Source: Rhynchobatus australiae (Eukaryota). Taken from it: 64,000 bases of DNA. Shown here piece after piece: positions 25,513-38,454 of the stretch. The notes under the pieces were generated by a model that had not been told where the DNA came from, did not search any database, and was given only the letters and a program-made list of their open reading frames with translations. The position numbers were made by a program, and so were the translations under genes. The stretch spans positions 67,042,385 to 67,106,384 of the forward strand of contig JAUZTB010000107.1 of assembly GCA_034780895.1 (NCBI GenBank), written 5' to 3'. Position 1 is the first letter of the stretch; each line of letters opens with the position of its first letter.

Positions 25513-27399
25513 TATTTGGTTTCTTTATAATGGAGCATTACTCAGAAAAACATGAGGGAAGAAAGTGGGGGAAAGGGTCTGACAAGTTTGGCTCCATCAT
25601 GCCACAACAATTCTATTCCACAATTCAGAGAAAAAGGAATAATCCAAATTTTGTGTTCCTTTAAAAGTGCAGACCCTCCGGTGATTGGGAATCACACCTT
25701 ATTCTGTTTCTTGATAGTGTAATAGTACCATCTGCTGGCACTCTTGTCTAAAGCTACAGAAAGTGAGATTACACAAGCCCACACTATACAGCAACAGGGA
25801 GCCTGGGCTGACCACATCATATATCAGAAAGTCAGGAGCTGAATGACGCCAGTGTTTGAGACTTCAGGTACAGAAGAGAGAGATTTGATCAAGCACTAGG
25901 TCATGGAAATTGAGATACATAGCCAAACTATGGTTCAAAAAGATACTAAACCCCAAAGTGAATCATGGCACAATGCAGCCTTATATAAAGGAGGAAGAAT
26001 TGTTAATCTACTTTATGAACATTACATCATAGACGAAGTTCTGAAAGCTAGAAACAATGACTCAGTCATTTTGAAATATGCAATGTTTACGCCAACAGGA
26101 GATAACTCCTGTTTATATAGGTTTAGTGTAATTCAAAGTCAATTTATCCTGGAATAAATCATATTTGCAAACAGCTTTGGGTCGAATCGTACCATTCAGG
26201 AAATTCAGCTGGGCACCTCCTGTCCTGAGTCATCCTTGTAACCCTGATGTGATTTCTGTATCAAGGATGCAGTGAGGGTGTTACTTCCCATGCAATTCTG
26301 CCTATGGAGCTTTGTGGGGAACTTGGACCATGTTGTCAGGGAGGGTTGTGCCTGTCCTGGGGTAACATCCTTGAAGGAACAGGATCGATCTGGGAGAGCT
26401 ATCAGGTAAGTGTAACACTTAATAAGTGCTCTGTCCTCCCACACAAAAACAGAGCCCCCAACACCTTGATCTCCAGCCCACCTCCTAACAGCCTGATCTG
26501 CACCCTCCCTGACTCTGATCCTCCCAATCATTACTGTCGCGTCCGAAACCTCCCATACACCCCATCACATTGTCGCAATATACATCCTCAGAATCCCCCA
26601 CTGCACTCTGACCTCCCCAGATACAACCTCCCAGCCCCCAATAAGCTCTGGGCTCCAATCACTACCACACAAGTGTTGGGAAAATCCCTTCTTCCTCGCC
26701 ATTTCCAATGCAAGTGCAGAGCTGATCTATTCCCTCCCTCCTCTCTTCCCCACAACACGTGGTGCATTGATGTCTTGCTTCCCTCCCATCTCAACACAAA
26801 TACCGGGCAGATCCTTTCCCTTCCCACCCTGTCCCCCATCATCTAAGTCCCGGGCCAATCCCTCCATTCCCATTCTCCACAAGCGTTGGCCCAATCCATT
26901 CCCTCTCACCCACCCCCACAGCAATAACCTCTCTCCAGTTGCACCTCCAGCCCCTCCCCAATATGTACAGCCCTCCCCTATCAAGAACCCCACATGCAAG
27001 CTGATGCATTCACCTCCCTCACTGACACAGTGCCAGGCCAATCCCTTCTCTCTCATCCCAACACAAGAAGACTCCAATGGTCAGAGAGCCCCAGTCCTCA
27101 GCGAGTCCATAGGTCTGAAGTTCCAGCCTGGCCAACCCAGCCAAGTGCCTGGCTGGGCCTGAGGACAATCTCTTGAGCCGTGTCTGGGGAAAGGAGTTTC
27201 AGATGGTTCGTTTCTTAGTCCCATGATCACAAATGAATGTTGATGTGGGTGGATGATGAGCAAAGTGATGGTTGCCCCATTTCACCCATGCCATCTTGGC
27301 ACCCACACTCTTTGGGCTGCACTAGAATTTCTAGCCAATTGTGCTAAAAAGTTCTAAGGCATTCCTCGGGACCAAACAAAGAACACATTGATTTTTTTT

Positions 27400-27652
27400 G
27401 ATATCTTTAGTAGTCACGTGCACATCAAAACACACAGTGAAATGCATCTTTTGCGTAGTGTTCTGGGGCAACCCACAAGTGTCGTCACGCATCTGCCGCC
27501 AATGTAGCATGCCCACAATCTCCTAATCCATATGTCTTTTGGAACGTGGAAGGAAACCGGAGCACTCAGAGGAAACCCACGCAGACACGGGGAGAATGTA
27601 CAAACTCCTTACAGACAGCGGCTGAAATTGAACCCGGCTGCTGGCACTGTGA
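27400..27652 (-). mobile_element. V-SINE, same family as 5638-5933
   Basis: Colinear with 5648-5900 (gatatctttagtagtcac...tacaaactccttacagacag...aattgaacccgg). Confidence 0.88.
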
Positions 27653-27664
27653 TTTGCACTGAAT

Positions 27665-28550
27665 CACATTAGGGCAGATGGTGAGAGAGTTCATCCTAAA
27701 GGAAGCAAGAGGGGGAGAGAAGCGTTAAGGTTTAGGTAGGGAATTGCAGAGCTCAGAGCCTTGGCAGCTGAAGGCATGTCCACCATTGATGGTGGGAGTA
27801 AATTCACAGTTGAAGGAGAGTCCAGAATTGGAGAACCAGATATACCTTGTCGAGGATGGTGAAGATTCCTGGGATAAGCAAAGGCAGGTGGGACTTAAAC
27901 TGAGGATGAGAATTTACATTAGACACCTTGCTTAATTGGGAGTCAATGTAGGTCAGGGAAGCACAGGAAAGAGAGGGAGGGACATGCTTTGGCATGAGGT
28001 AAGACACAGGCAGCAAAGTTCTGGGTGAACTCAAGGTAGTGCAAGCAAGAGCATAAAAGGCCAGGCAGCACTGTGTCAGAATAGTCCAGTCCTGTGATAA
28101 CAGATGAGGTTCTCAGCGGCAGATGAGCAGAGGCAGGGATGGAGTTGAGCAGTGCTGAGCACTGGATGCAGGTCATCTTAGGGAAGGCACAGGTATGAGG
28201 TGCAAAACTCAGCTCCGGGTCAAACATGACACCAAGGTTTCAAATGAAACTGGATTAGTTCCAGTTACAGAGGTCAGGGATAGTGTTGGTGGCTGGGAAA
28301 CACTATTTAATTGGAGGAAATTTCCACTCATTCCATGAGTGAATGTTAGACAAGCCATTTGACAGTTTAGTGACAGTGGAGGGATGAAGAGAGGCGGTGC
28401 TCTTGCCTAATGTGTGAAAACTGATGCAATGTTGTCAGATGATGTTACCAAGGGTGTGGAAGGTAGCGGAGAAATAGAAGGGGCCCAAGGAGAGATACTT
28501 AGGCAACACTAGAGGTACAGATGTAAGAAGAGCATGACATTCTCTTTCAG
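27665..28550 (-). mobile_element. Degenerate L2-like LINE
   Basis: Minus-strand remnants such as VITGLDYSDTVLPGL...QNFAACVL, typical of the L2 RT C-terminus. Confidence 0.6.
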
Positions 28551-30070
28551 ATGTAGAATTATTAGTTTAGAATAGATTTATCCTGAGTTTAAGAAAATAC
28601 CAATTTAATAATGACCTTTTCCTACTAAATTTTGTTGTTCCATCTCTCTCTCTCAACATGAATTTCACTCTTGTATTGTCTCCCAAGAGGCACCTCACTC
28701 TCCTCTGACTCATAAATGAGAGCCACTAGGGGAAAATAACAAATTAGAGAAAGACAAAATAATTACATACTACCTGGCGTGCTATCTGTTTTTACTTCTT
28801 ATTTTTAGCACATTAGTTTAAACTGAGTTGTTTATCTGTTTATTCAGTCCAGCTGCTCAAATCTGAATGAAAGCCTTGGTGACAATAGCAGGTCTGTCAA
28901 TGTTCCTGGCAAAGGTTGTCTAGCGCCTTGAGGTTAGATTCCTTGGTGCAGACCTAAAACCTCAGCATATTTCACACTCACACTGCAGCCGTCAGAGGCA
29001 GGATTGGAAAAACAGACGCTCAGTTTTGCTGCTTTCGAAATAGGCATGGTATGACACGTCTGGAACTGAGGACTTTAAAGCTCCCAAAAACAGCCAGTAT
29101 TTATACACCACGTCCTATCACACTGGTCTATATTGGCAAGTCACAGGTTAAGTCTGGAGCTGTGGATATGCCAAATGTGTGGGGCCCCCTTCCTGTGTAC
29201 TCAGCGCCCCCAACTATCTGATTCCGGTGCTCTGCCTCATTATAGGAAGTCCAGTAGTTACACGGGGCTGCTTCACTTGCTCAAACACCGCAATCATCAA
29301 AGCTGTTTCTCTCCTGCACTGAGGCCCAGTACTACAGAACCCCAACTTTATTTGGCATCATATGTCAGACTTGCTGCTAAATAATCACCTCAACCTTGTA
29401 TAGCTGAGGATGTCTGATGTTATTATAGGGTGTTGTTCCAGTTAAGTTTTCAAACTTTACAGGCAAGTGCAAAATCTTCTAATAAAATATTCCATAGTAT
29501 CAGAATTTGTGTTTTTTTCTATTTTTTCGGTATGTGATTTACTGGCAAGGAGTTATTCCTCAACCAGAATTGCCCTTGAGAAGATTGTGGGGAGCTGCCT
29601 TCCTAAACCACAGCAGTTCTGATGAGGCTACTCACACAATGCTGTTGGGTAGGGAATTCCAGGATTTGAACCCATTGATGATGAAGGAAATGTGATATAT
29701 TTCTAAATCAGGAGGGGAACGTGCAGGTGCTGCTGCTTTCAGTGTGTCTGAAATCCTTATCCTTCTCAGTGGTAGAGTTGCAGGTTTCGGAGATGCTGTC
29801 AGGGTATTTGGTAGTCACAGTGTATTTTGTAGACGGCACTCACTGTGTGTTGGTGATCGATGGGTTGAATGTTTCTAGTGGTGGATATGGTGCTGATCAA
29901 GGAGGCTGCTTTGTACCCAATGGCTTCAAGTTTCTTGAGAGGTGTTTGAGTTTATCAAGTTATTGCCATAGGCATAGTATATAGGCATTGTCATAGACAT
30001 TTCACATGTATAAGTGCCATGAAGATTAGCTTTTTGCAGCAGCTGTACACATCCAGGTAAGTGGAGAGTA

Positions 30071-30402
30071 CAGGGTCTCCCGGGTTACAAATGACTTGAC
30101 TAATGGAAATCAAACTTTATGTAAATTCTCCCATACATTTTTAAAGCATTTTTCAAGTTAGTAACAACAGTAACAAAATATTTCATGGGATTCACTAATG
30201 ACTGGATATAGTACATATTCCATTAGTTTAATTATAGGTAGTATTAGAGTGATTATTCAATGAAATGGAAGAATTATAGCAAGTGTCTGTAGAGCAATAC
30301 GATATGGGTGGTTATGGAAAATAGACATTTCTGACTTGCGGAGAAATCGGCTGACGGACAGTTCTCAGGAATGGAACTCTCATGTAACCTGGGAACTGCC
30401 TG
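30071..30402. mobile_element. Tigger/Tc1-mariner-type MITE
   Basis: Imperfect TIRs cagggtctcccgggttaca / tgtaacctgggaactgcctg, with TA on both sides (30069-70 and 30403-04). Confidence 0.8.
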
Positions 30403-30707
30403 TATAGCAGGTATGGGTTTCTTCATCCGCTGAGGAGTTGAGAATAGAATTGAACATTGAGAAATCATCAGACAAAATCCCTACTTCTGACCTTATGATG
30501 GAAAGAAGGTCATTTATGAAGCAACTGAAGATGGTTGGGTTTGTGATACCACCCCGAAGATCTCCCACGGTCATGGCCTGGGAATGGGATAATTAACTAC
30601 TAATATCTTCCTCTATCTACATGGTATGACTCTAACCATTGGATAGCTCCTCCCTTGATGCCATTGATTTCAGTTTTAGCAGGGTTCCTTAACATCCATG
30701 GCAATCA

Positions 30708-30990
30708 TTCTCTTTTTCAATCTTTTTTATTAGTTTTCAAATCAATACAGATTAGTATATAGCATCAATGTTCATACATGTATTACNNNNNNNNNNNNNN
30801 NNNNNNNNNNNNNNNNNNNNNNNNNNNNNNNNNNNNNNNNNNNNNNNNNNNNNNNNNNNNNNNNNNNNNNNNNNNNNNNNNNNNNNTACCACATTGCAGA
30901 TAATCTCGTATTGCAGCTGTAAATCTGCCATTTTAAATTCTTTTTTTCTGAAGAGATCCCGTGGTGTTGTTCAGTGGTATACTTTCTAGA
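30708..30990 (-). mobile_element. Probable L1/Tx1-type 3' end spanning a gap
   Basis: T-rich end with minus-strand AATAAA (tttttcaatcttttttattagttttc), interrupting the CR1 element. Confidence 0.45.
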
Positions 30991-33900
30991 GGGCTATAAC
31001 AAAAAACAAATGAAATAAGAAATTTTAACAATTATTTCCCACTTCCCAGTCCCCATTTTCTGGGTTGAATGGACCTTCAAGTGCGAAGCTATTTCTTTGA
31101 ACTGGAGAAAGGAATTTAAAATAATCTGATCCAGGCCATAGTTCATTTGGGCCTAGTCTACCTCTTTCATGCAGCGGTAGTTAAAACTTGAATAAGGGAA
31201 GCTGCTATAGGATTGTCATAAAGGTCAATGTCCTTCAGGAATGACATTCCATCTTCTTGTCTGTGTAAATCCAAGCCCATCAATGACTCTGACGTGCTCT
31301 CTGAGATGACTTTGAACTCATTCACTTCAAGGTGCAATTGTTGATGGTGAGCAAGTGTCACTAGATAGCACTGTCAGAGACGGCTTCCATAACTGAGAGT
31401 AAACTGATGGAATGGATTGAAATTTCCTGCTCTTCATCGGGTAGATGCCAATGTTGTAACTGTGGTGGAACAACTTGCTGAAGGCACAGCCAGTTCTGGA
31501 GCACAAATCTTCAGTACTGCAGCTGGGAAGTTGTCTTCTCCTGTGCTCTTTGTTGAAACTTGGTATCACTTGGAGATTGGCTGAAGACTGACTTTCAGTG
31601 ATGACAGGGATCTCAGGAGGGACATAAGCTGGATCATCAGCACTTCTAGCTGAACACGGTTGTAAATGCATCAGCCTCGTCTTTAGCAGTTGCATGCTGG
31701 GCCTTGCCACATTGTGGAGGGATCATTCTTGGATCCATCACCTCCTGTTGGGTGTTTAATTATCTTTCACAATTTGATGTGGCAGGACAATGGGGGTTTG
31801 ATCTGATCTGTTGGTTGTGGAATCATTGAGCTCTGTCTATATCATGCACGTAGTCCTGTATTGCAAGTTCACCAGACACATTTACTGTTCCGAGCATGCT
31901 TTTTTGCTTTCTTCAAAGAACTAACATCATTCCTCTGGTCTGATAGTAATGGTAGACTGAGGATACCAATTATAGTGGTGCACATTTCCACTGCTGCTAA
32001 TGGTCCAGTGCCTCATGGATGCCCTATTTGAGCTTCCAGGTCTATTCTGTCTATCATTTGTAATGTCACACAACATGGAGGGTAAGTTAGGCATAAAGAT
32101 GCGACTTTGTCTCCACATGCTCCCTGTGACTGACAAGGTCATTGATCTTTGTCCCACCCATTTGATCACTCACTACCTGTCACAGACCCAATCTGGTACC
32201 TAGATGTTTCTGGACCTGACCACAGTCTGGGATGGTTTTAACAAGCCACTTGGTGATAGATACTGAAGTCCCCGACCCAGTGTACATTCTGCGTCCTTTC
32301 TTCTTTTAGAGCTTCTTCCAAGTATTGTTCAATATATAGGAGACTGATTCATCAGCTGGGAGATGACAATAGGTATGATTCTGTGATTATTGCGAGGCTG
32401 TCTGGACAGGGAGAGGCTTTGATTAAGTTCTGAAGGTCAATGCCAGTGGTCCAACTGGTATAGTCGCTTCTTTGTTTTAATGTAGCACTGATGGATTGCG
32501 ATTCAACTACCTGAGATGTATCCAAGGACATTGATCTGCTTAACACTACTTTCACTGTAGACCCTTATTCTTAGAATTTTGCATTTTGATCAAACAAAAG
32601 ATGTTTTTCCACAGACGTTTTCAGACATCCATTTCAAGATATTTGCATTGCAAAAAATAGATTATCAACTCACCTCAGGGAAAAGAGTAAGTGAAGACTG
32701 CAGTTATACTGGGTGCTGCTGTATTATTTGGTAGGGCTGGGTACTCACCTGTTCAGATACTGGCAACCACAACCACAAAGGAGCTTTCTGTGTATATGCT
32801 GGCCTGGAGCAACTGTCTAACACTTAACTTTAGAAAAGCAATGCGAGAGATTCTATCCCCTTGTAATAAAATAATAATAATAAAACTCCACCAAATAGTG
32901 TTAAAACCTAAAAAAAATACCTTCAGTGGCTCTGGAACTTTCATTATCAGCAACTTACACAGAGAAAATGGGAGCGGTAGTTATCCACTATATTAACCCT
33001 TTGCTAAAATCTCGCCAGCTATGGTTTTCTTTCTGCTCTCCCCCAACCCCAGTCTGCAGAACACCAGATCATCATGTGTAATTGGAGGGTAGAGGAATAC
33101 TGATTCTTAAATTGTATAACAGATATAACACATTAAACTCTCAGAGTATTGATGTGGCAAATTATCCTGTTGTACCAGTACAATGATTTTTCAATACAGC
33201 TTATGGATTCTCACTAAGCAAAGGGCAAAGCAAAAATGAAGGAACTACGGTTGAAAAAGAAATACAACTCCTACATCTTTGGCAGGGCAGCTATGCAGAT
33301 TTTCCTCTTCCAGCTCTCTGTTGTCAGGATGTAAAATCTAGTTATCACACTGTCTGGAATAAATGAAAATAAGTCAGAATAATTTAATCTTGTTTAAACA
33401 GTAATGGTGGACACAGGTGGCTCCATGGGCTTCTGCAGGACACAGCTTAACCCTCGCCTTTTATGGAATCTCCCAATGATTTATATTTAATTGGAGGAGA
33501 TTAATTAAGAAGTTTACTGAGGTCGACTGCATGGCTTACAGTGAGGAAGAACATTGTGCATGAAGGTCAACTGGGCAGATTAGAGGCAAATAGAATTAAA
33601 TTCATGGGAGTGTGAAGTGGAAAGGCAAACAATGCAAGAGAATGTACCACAAATAATGGGACACCTAGAAATGTAGACAAATAGTGAGATAGAGTGCATT
33701 CCCACCAATCCCTACAGATGGCGAGGCAGGTAAGTGAATTGGTTAAGAAGCCACACAGTAGAGTTGAGAAAAAAACTTCAAGACGATGATGAGGGACTGG
33801 AACTCACTGTGCGAAAGGATACTGCAGTACAGGAACCATCATCACATTTTAAAAATATTCGTAGATGCACCTTAAGTGCTGTAACCTACAAGGGCACAGA

Positions 33901-35389
33901 CCAAGAGCCAGAGGATAAGATTAGTCTGATAATTATGGGCCAGCTAGCATGCACACAATGGGCCAAATGGCTTGCTCCAGTGCTATAAGTTCCTATGGAG
34001 GTAGTTTGTGGAATGGTATGTCAGCTACCTTCAGCAGTTCAAGACCTGAAGCACAGCTGTTACATTCTGCATAAAATTAACAGTTTTCTAACAAGCTTCA
34101 CTAGCATCAATTGATATCAATATGAATACACAAGTGCATCGCTAGAGTAACCACTTCTTGTCTCAGGAGCACAGGAAAAGGAGGAGTGGAATTGTATTTC
34201 TGGTGTTTAACCTATTAATCAACAGAGACAATCAGGATAAGAAGCCCCAAGAGGGCTTAGGCTCGAAAATGTCACCAAGTTTGACTTTTTATTAATCTGT
34301 ATAACAAACTTCCCTCACTTATTTTTCCTGGAGTTGGGCATAAACTAAAAGACACAGGTGCTAGCTTGAACATGCTACATCAAACTGCAGCAGTGATAGT
34401 AATGAAGCAAGGTGCACAGGAGTCACCAGCAGTGCCTGCATGTGTGATTTCCTATCAACCTCTACCTCTAATTAACTGCAGAAGATCTTACTATCTTGCC
34501 ATTAGAGTAAGTAGCGTATTGCTCCATTTCCTTTATCTTGTGATCTTCTACTGCTTTTAATGCTTTGCCTATTAATTATTGCATCAATGTACTAAACTGA
34601 CTCTGGAACATGAACTTCACTTTTGGCATGAAATTTAGATTTATTTTATGATCTACTGTGTCATGCATACTTAAAGATCATATATCATCCTAAAGAGTTT
34701 CAGAAACTGACAACACATGTTTCTTTCCCAGCATTGAAATTCAAAGAGGTACATCAGGTACAAATTAAACATACTCCAATTACTGAGAAAGGAAGTGCAA
34801 TCAAACCTAGGTGATGGAAGTCACCAAGAATTAAGTAGAATATAAAAGGAAGAAGTCTGTGGTGAATATCAGGTTTGTCAGTCAGTAGAGAACCCAGCTG
34901 TAATGAGAAGAAAGGAAGAGAACTGGACAAGGAAAAAAAGAGGCCCAAAGAATAGATGAGCAGTTCCCATTAAATCTTGCATAAATACATAAATATGAAA
35001 ACATAAGATGAGGCTGACTAGGGACTAACAAGGTGATAGATGCTTTTTGTTGAGGCAGAAGCCAGGGTTGAGAAATTAAATGAGACTGTTTCACTAAAGA
35101 AAGGGATTCTGCCAATTCACAGTAAAGAGGAAGATAGAGGACAAAATGGACAGGAGGTGTAGAATGGACAGGAGGCAAAGAGGAGGTGTATGAAAGATTG
35201 ATCAAGCTTAAAAGAGGACAGGCATCTGTCCTGACTTGGATGCACTCAGATTTAGAAATCGCAGAGGCTCTGTTCACAACCTCCGGTCATCTTGACAATG
35301 GGAATAAAGACCCATGATTACAGGCCATTCATGCTAATGGCAATTGTCCAGTTTGGCACTTGTGAAAATATACATACATATGAAATCCA

Positions 35390-36420
35390 GACTTGATTTT
35401 TAAAGTGAAATCATATTCAACCAACTTGACCAAATATTTGATTAAGTAACGGAGAGAGCTGATGAGGGTAGTTCGGGTGGTTTGTGGATAAGTTTGAAGT
35501 TTATGGTTGATCTGTAATCTAGAAATCCAGTGAAGATTGAGGTAACAGACATCAGAAGGTCAAGAAGAGATTGATAAAATGGGCAGAAACATTTAGAGAT
35601 ATAAGCTGATTAAGCGAAGTGCACACAGTCCCTTGGAGTTGGGAGAATGGGAAGAGGTAAAATAAATTTAATGGTGCCATATTGATGGAGATGCATGTAC
35701 GGAAAGATGCTTATGCAGCCCCTTTCGTACTGTACCATTACGGTGCCAAGAAGGGAGCAGGCAAATCTATAAGACTGTTAAAAGGTATATGGTATCCTCA
35801 ACATGATTAATAGAGTGTTGATGTAGGGTCTTCAACCTGAATCATTAACTGTTTCTCTTTCCTTGCAGATCAGGTAGCATCTATGGAAATGTATAAAAGC
35901 ATGGAAATTTTGTTTGATCTTTATAAAACACCAGATGGGACCAGCTGGCATTTTGAGGACAATTCCTAGTATGACACTTGAGGCAGGATGTCAGGGCCCT
36001 TGAATGGGTGAGAGGAGGTTTACTAGAATGGTACCAGGGTTGGAAGTCTCGTGTTACATAGAATAGGTTTTGCCCTCCTTACAGCAGAGAAAATCAAAGA
36101 GATATTTGCTCAAGGCATTCAAAGTCCTGTGGAGTTCTGACAAAGTAAATAAAGAGAAACTGTTTCTGGTGCCAGGAAGCTGAATAAACAGAGGGCAGAG
36201 ATTTCAGGTAAATGGCAAAAGAAGTAGAGGCTAACTCAGGAAAGCATCTTTAACATAATGAGTTATTATGATCTGGGTGGCAAAAGCAAGAACAAGAATA
36301 ATTTCATAAAAATAAATACTTGAAAAGCAAGAAGGTTGTTGGACTATGTTGGAAAGGCAGAGTGGGGTTAACGTGTTAGATCTTCAAAGAGCAATCATAG
36401 CACAATGGGTTGTATCATCC
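35390..36420 (+). mobile_element. Old CR1 LINE RT/3' fragment
   Basis: Decayed motifs ctttataaaacac...gaggtttactagaatggtaccaggg...gagaaactgtttc. Confidence 0.65.
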
Positions 36421-37320
36421 CCTGATTCTTGAAATATGCCAGGGAGTGGCTCTAATGGCAATGGCGTTAATAATGACATCCAGCAAAGTTTCTGGCCAAA
36501 GATGACCCCTAGGGTTTTGATGGTGGGGGCTCATTGATGACATCTTCGCACCCTGTTGAGGGCCCAAGCCAAAATCCAAGCATTGCACGCACGTGCACTG
36601 TTGAATCAGCCAGACCAGGGCAGACAACATCTGGTGTTAAAGGTGGTGCATTAAATGATAAGCAAACAGCAGCAGGGTTTGGACAATTCCACTTCAAGAA
36701 AAATATTTCCATCAATCACTAAATTAATTTTAAAATGTTTGATAGCAGTGCAAATTGCACCACATGCCTTATCCCCACTTGTTGGCCAACAAATTGAAGC
36801 AAATACACCTCCAGAAAAAGTGAAAATTTAGCTTTGCTTTAATTTTTCAATTACGTCTTAGTAGAAATATACTGAAGGAAGAAGTAACAGCCTCCCACTA
36901 ACTAAGCTACGTTCATTTCTATTCTGCATGGCTTTCTTTCTCCATAATATTCAGTTGTGGCTATTTATTAATGATTAATTTCACTCCTTCCTCAGTTACA
37001 GCAGAGCAGTGTTTGGCTCCATCTCCTTTGCTTATGTTAAAGGCTTGAGACTGAAAGTTTAATTTAGAAGAGTTTGAATAAATTCCAATTTGGGTATTTG
37101 CAAATCATTTCCAAGCCAGACAGTAGATAAAGGTCAGAAGGCCTGGATTTATTAATGGTCATCTGTATGTGATCAGGACGGGTTGTGTACAAATAAAATT
37201 GATCCCAAAAGCCGGGTCCTAAACATCATTAGGCAGCATTTTTGAGGCGCAGTCTATCTGTAACAGACTGGGGGGAAGTGGAGAGCATTGGGAATATAAA
37301 GCTTGTTGTCTTTTTCACAG

Positions 37321-37583
37321 ATTACTGGGACAACACATGGGTGTCAGTGCAGAGAGCCCCTACCTCGATCCCTGTTTGTCCCTTGAGACAACCAACACCA
37401 TTCAGAAGGACGAACAGACATTGCACTTGAAAGGAGTCGGGAACTTTGAGGAGTGTTGCAAGCAAATCAAACCATTCCTGAACAAAGGGAATGAGACCAA
37501 CACGTCCTTCAATGGGGTTTATCAGCCACCTATTGATTTCTATAACAGTGAATTCTACGGATTCTCTGAGTTCTATTACTGTA
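37321..37583 (+). CDS. ENTPD4: Isolated ENTPD4-like (GDA1/CD39 family nucleoside phosphatase) internal exon, truncated by an N-gap
   Basis: Acceptor gtctttttcacag| followed by an open frame LLGQHMGVSAESPYLDPCL...NETNTSFNGVYQPPIDFYNSEFYGFSEFYYC. This resembles remembered ENTPD4 (RLLG...PYLDPCL...NETQTSLNGVYQPPI...SEFYGFSEFYYC) more than ENTPD7. No other ENTPD exons were seen. Confidence 0.8.
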
Positions 37584-38381
37584 NNNNNNNNNNNNNNNNN
37601 NNNNNNNNNNNNNNNNNNNNNNNNNNNNNNNNNNNNNNNNNNNNNNNNNNNNNNNNNNNNNNNNNNNNNNNNNNNNNNNNNNNTTTGGGTATTTGCAAAT
37701 CATTTCCTCAGCACAGATTCAGGTCTGTATCTGAGTTTGTAGACCTGGCTTATCCTTTGCATTTTTTTTATTTTGTGAGAAAAATACCACGATTGTTCTT
37801 TTTCAAAAAAAAAGACTTAATATATCAATACTGTTTTAGAACATTTGCAGTTTGGACATTCATAATTAATACTCTTGTACAAATTTTATCAAATTCATTC
37901 CATTCACTCCATATGCACATAAACATTTTTACTAATTTTGATATAAAAATAATCAGGAATTTCTTATCCACTTTAAGAATAAAAGGGATTTTCTGATCAA
38001 ATAATTAAAAATAAAATAAAGTTTTTCGGGAACAGCTAAGTGCTTATACACCTAAATCCTCTTCTCTGAAAACCTGTCCCAATAACCAGCACTCACCCCT
38101 TAATTTCAGATACATGTACTGTAATATAATGTCCGTTATGTGGAAAAAATAGTTTTGTTTAATTTCTGCATCAATTTTTATAATTGTACAATTTTCTGCA
38201 CTAAATCAAACATATTTAAATACATAGTACACACACACATATAAACACAAACATACCGGAGCAAATATTACTGGGTGATCGATCAAATCGCATATAAAGA
38301 AAAATGAAGAACGAGTTTTCTATGAAGTAGTTTGAATCCCCTGAATGCATCAATGTACCCGAAACTGAATTGTAGTCTTAC

Positions 38382-38454
38382 CCGTAAATGCCATAAGAAT
38401 CGTAGTTCCTAAAACCGTCCATGGCAGCAGTTTCCAACATCTGCAGTGAGCCAT
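38382..38454 (-). CDS. SNORC: SNORC coding exon 1 (signal peptide MAHCRCWKLLPWTVLGTTILMAFT/G)
   Basis: ATG in a strong Kozak context (gtaaaATGG). 73 nt = 24 codons + 1, ending at a canonical donor (acgg|gtaagac) in phase 1, which matches the phase of exon 2. Basic N-terminus followed by a hydrophobic core. Locally CpG-richer than its surroundings. Confidence 0.85.

Larger units (their letters stand above)
29525..32470 (-). mobile_element. Long degenerate CR1-clade LINE hosting nested insertions
   Basis: Minus-strand RT remnant PTIFSCFINDLLSIIRSEVGILSDD at ~30460-30570; 3' tail near 29530-29720. Confidence 0.75.

Noticed and set aside
26304-27162. Pro-rich ORFs of 180 and 131 aa
   Set aside because: By-products of C-skewed low-complexity DNA, with no recognisable domain or splice context.
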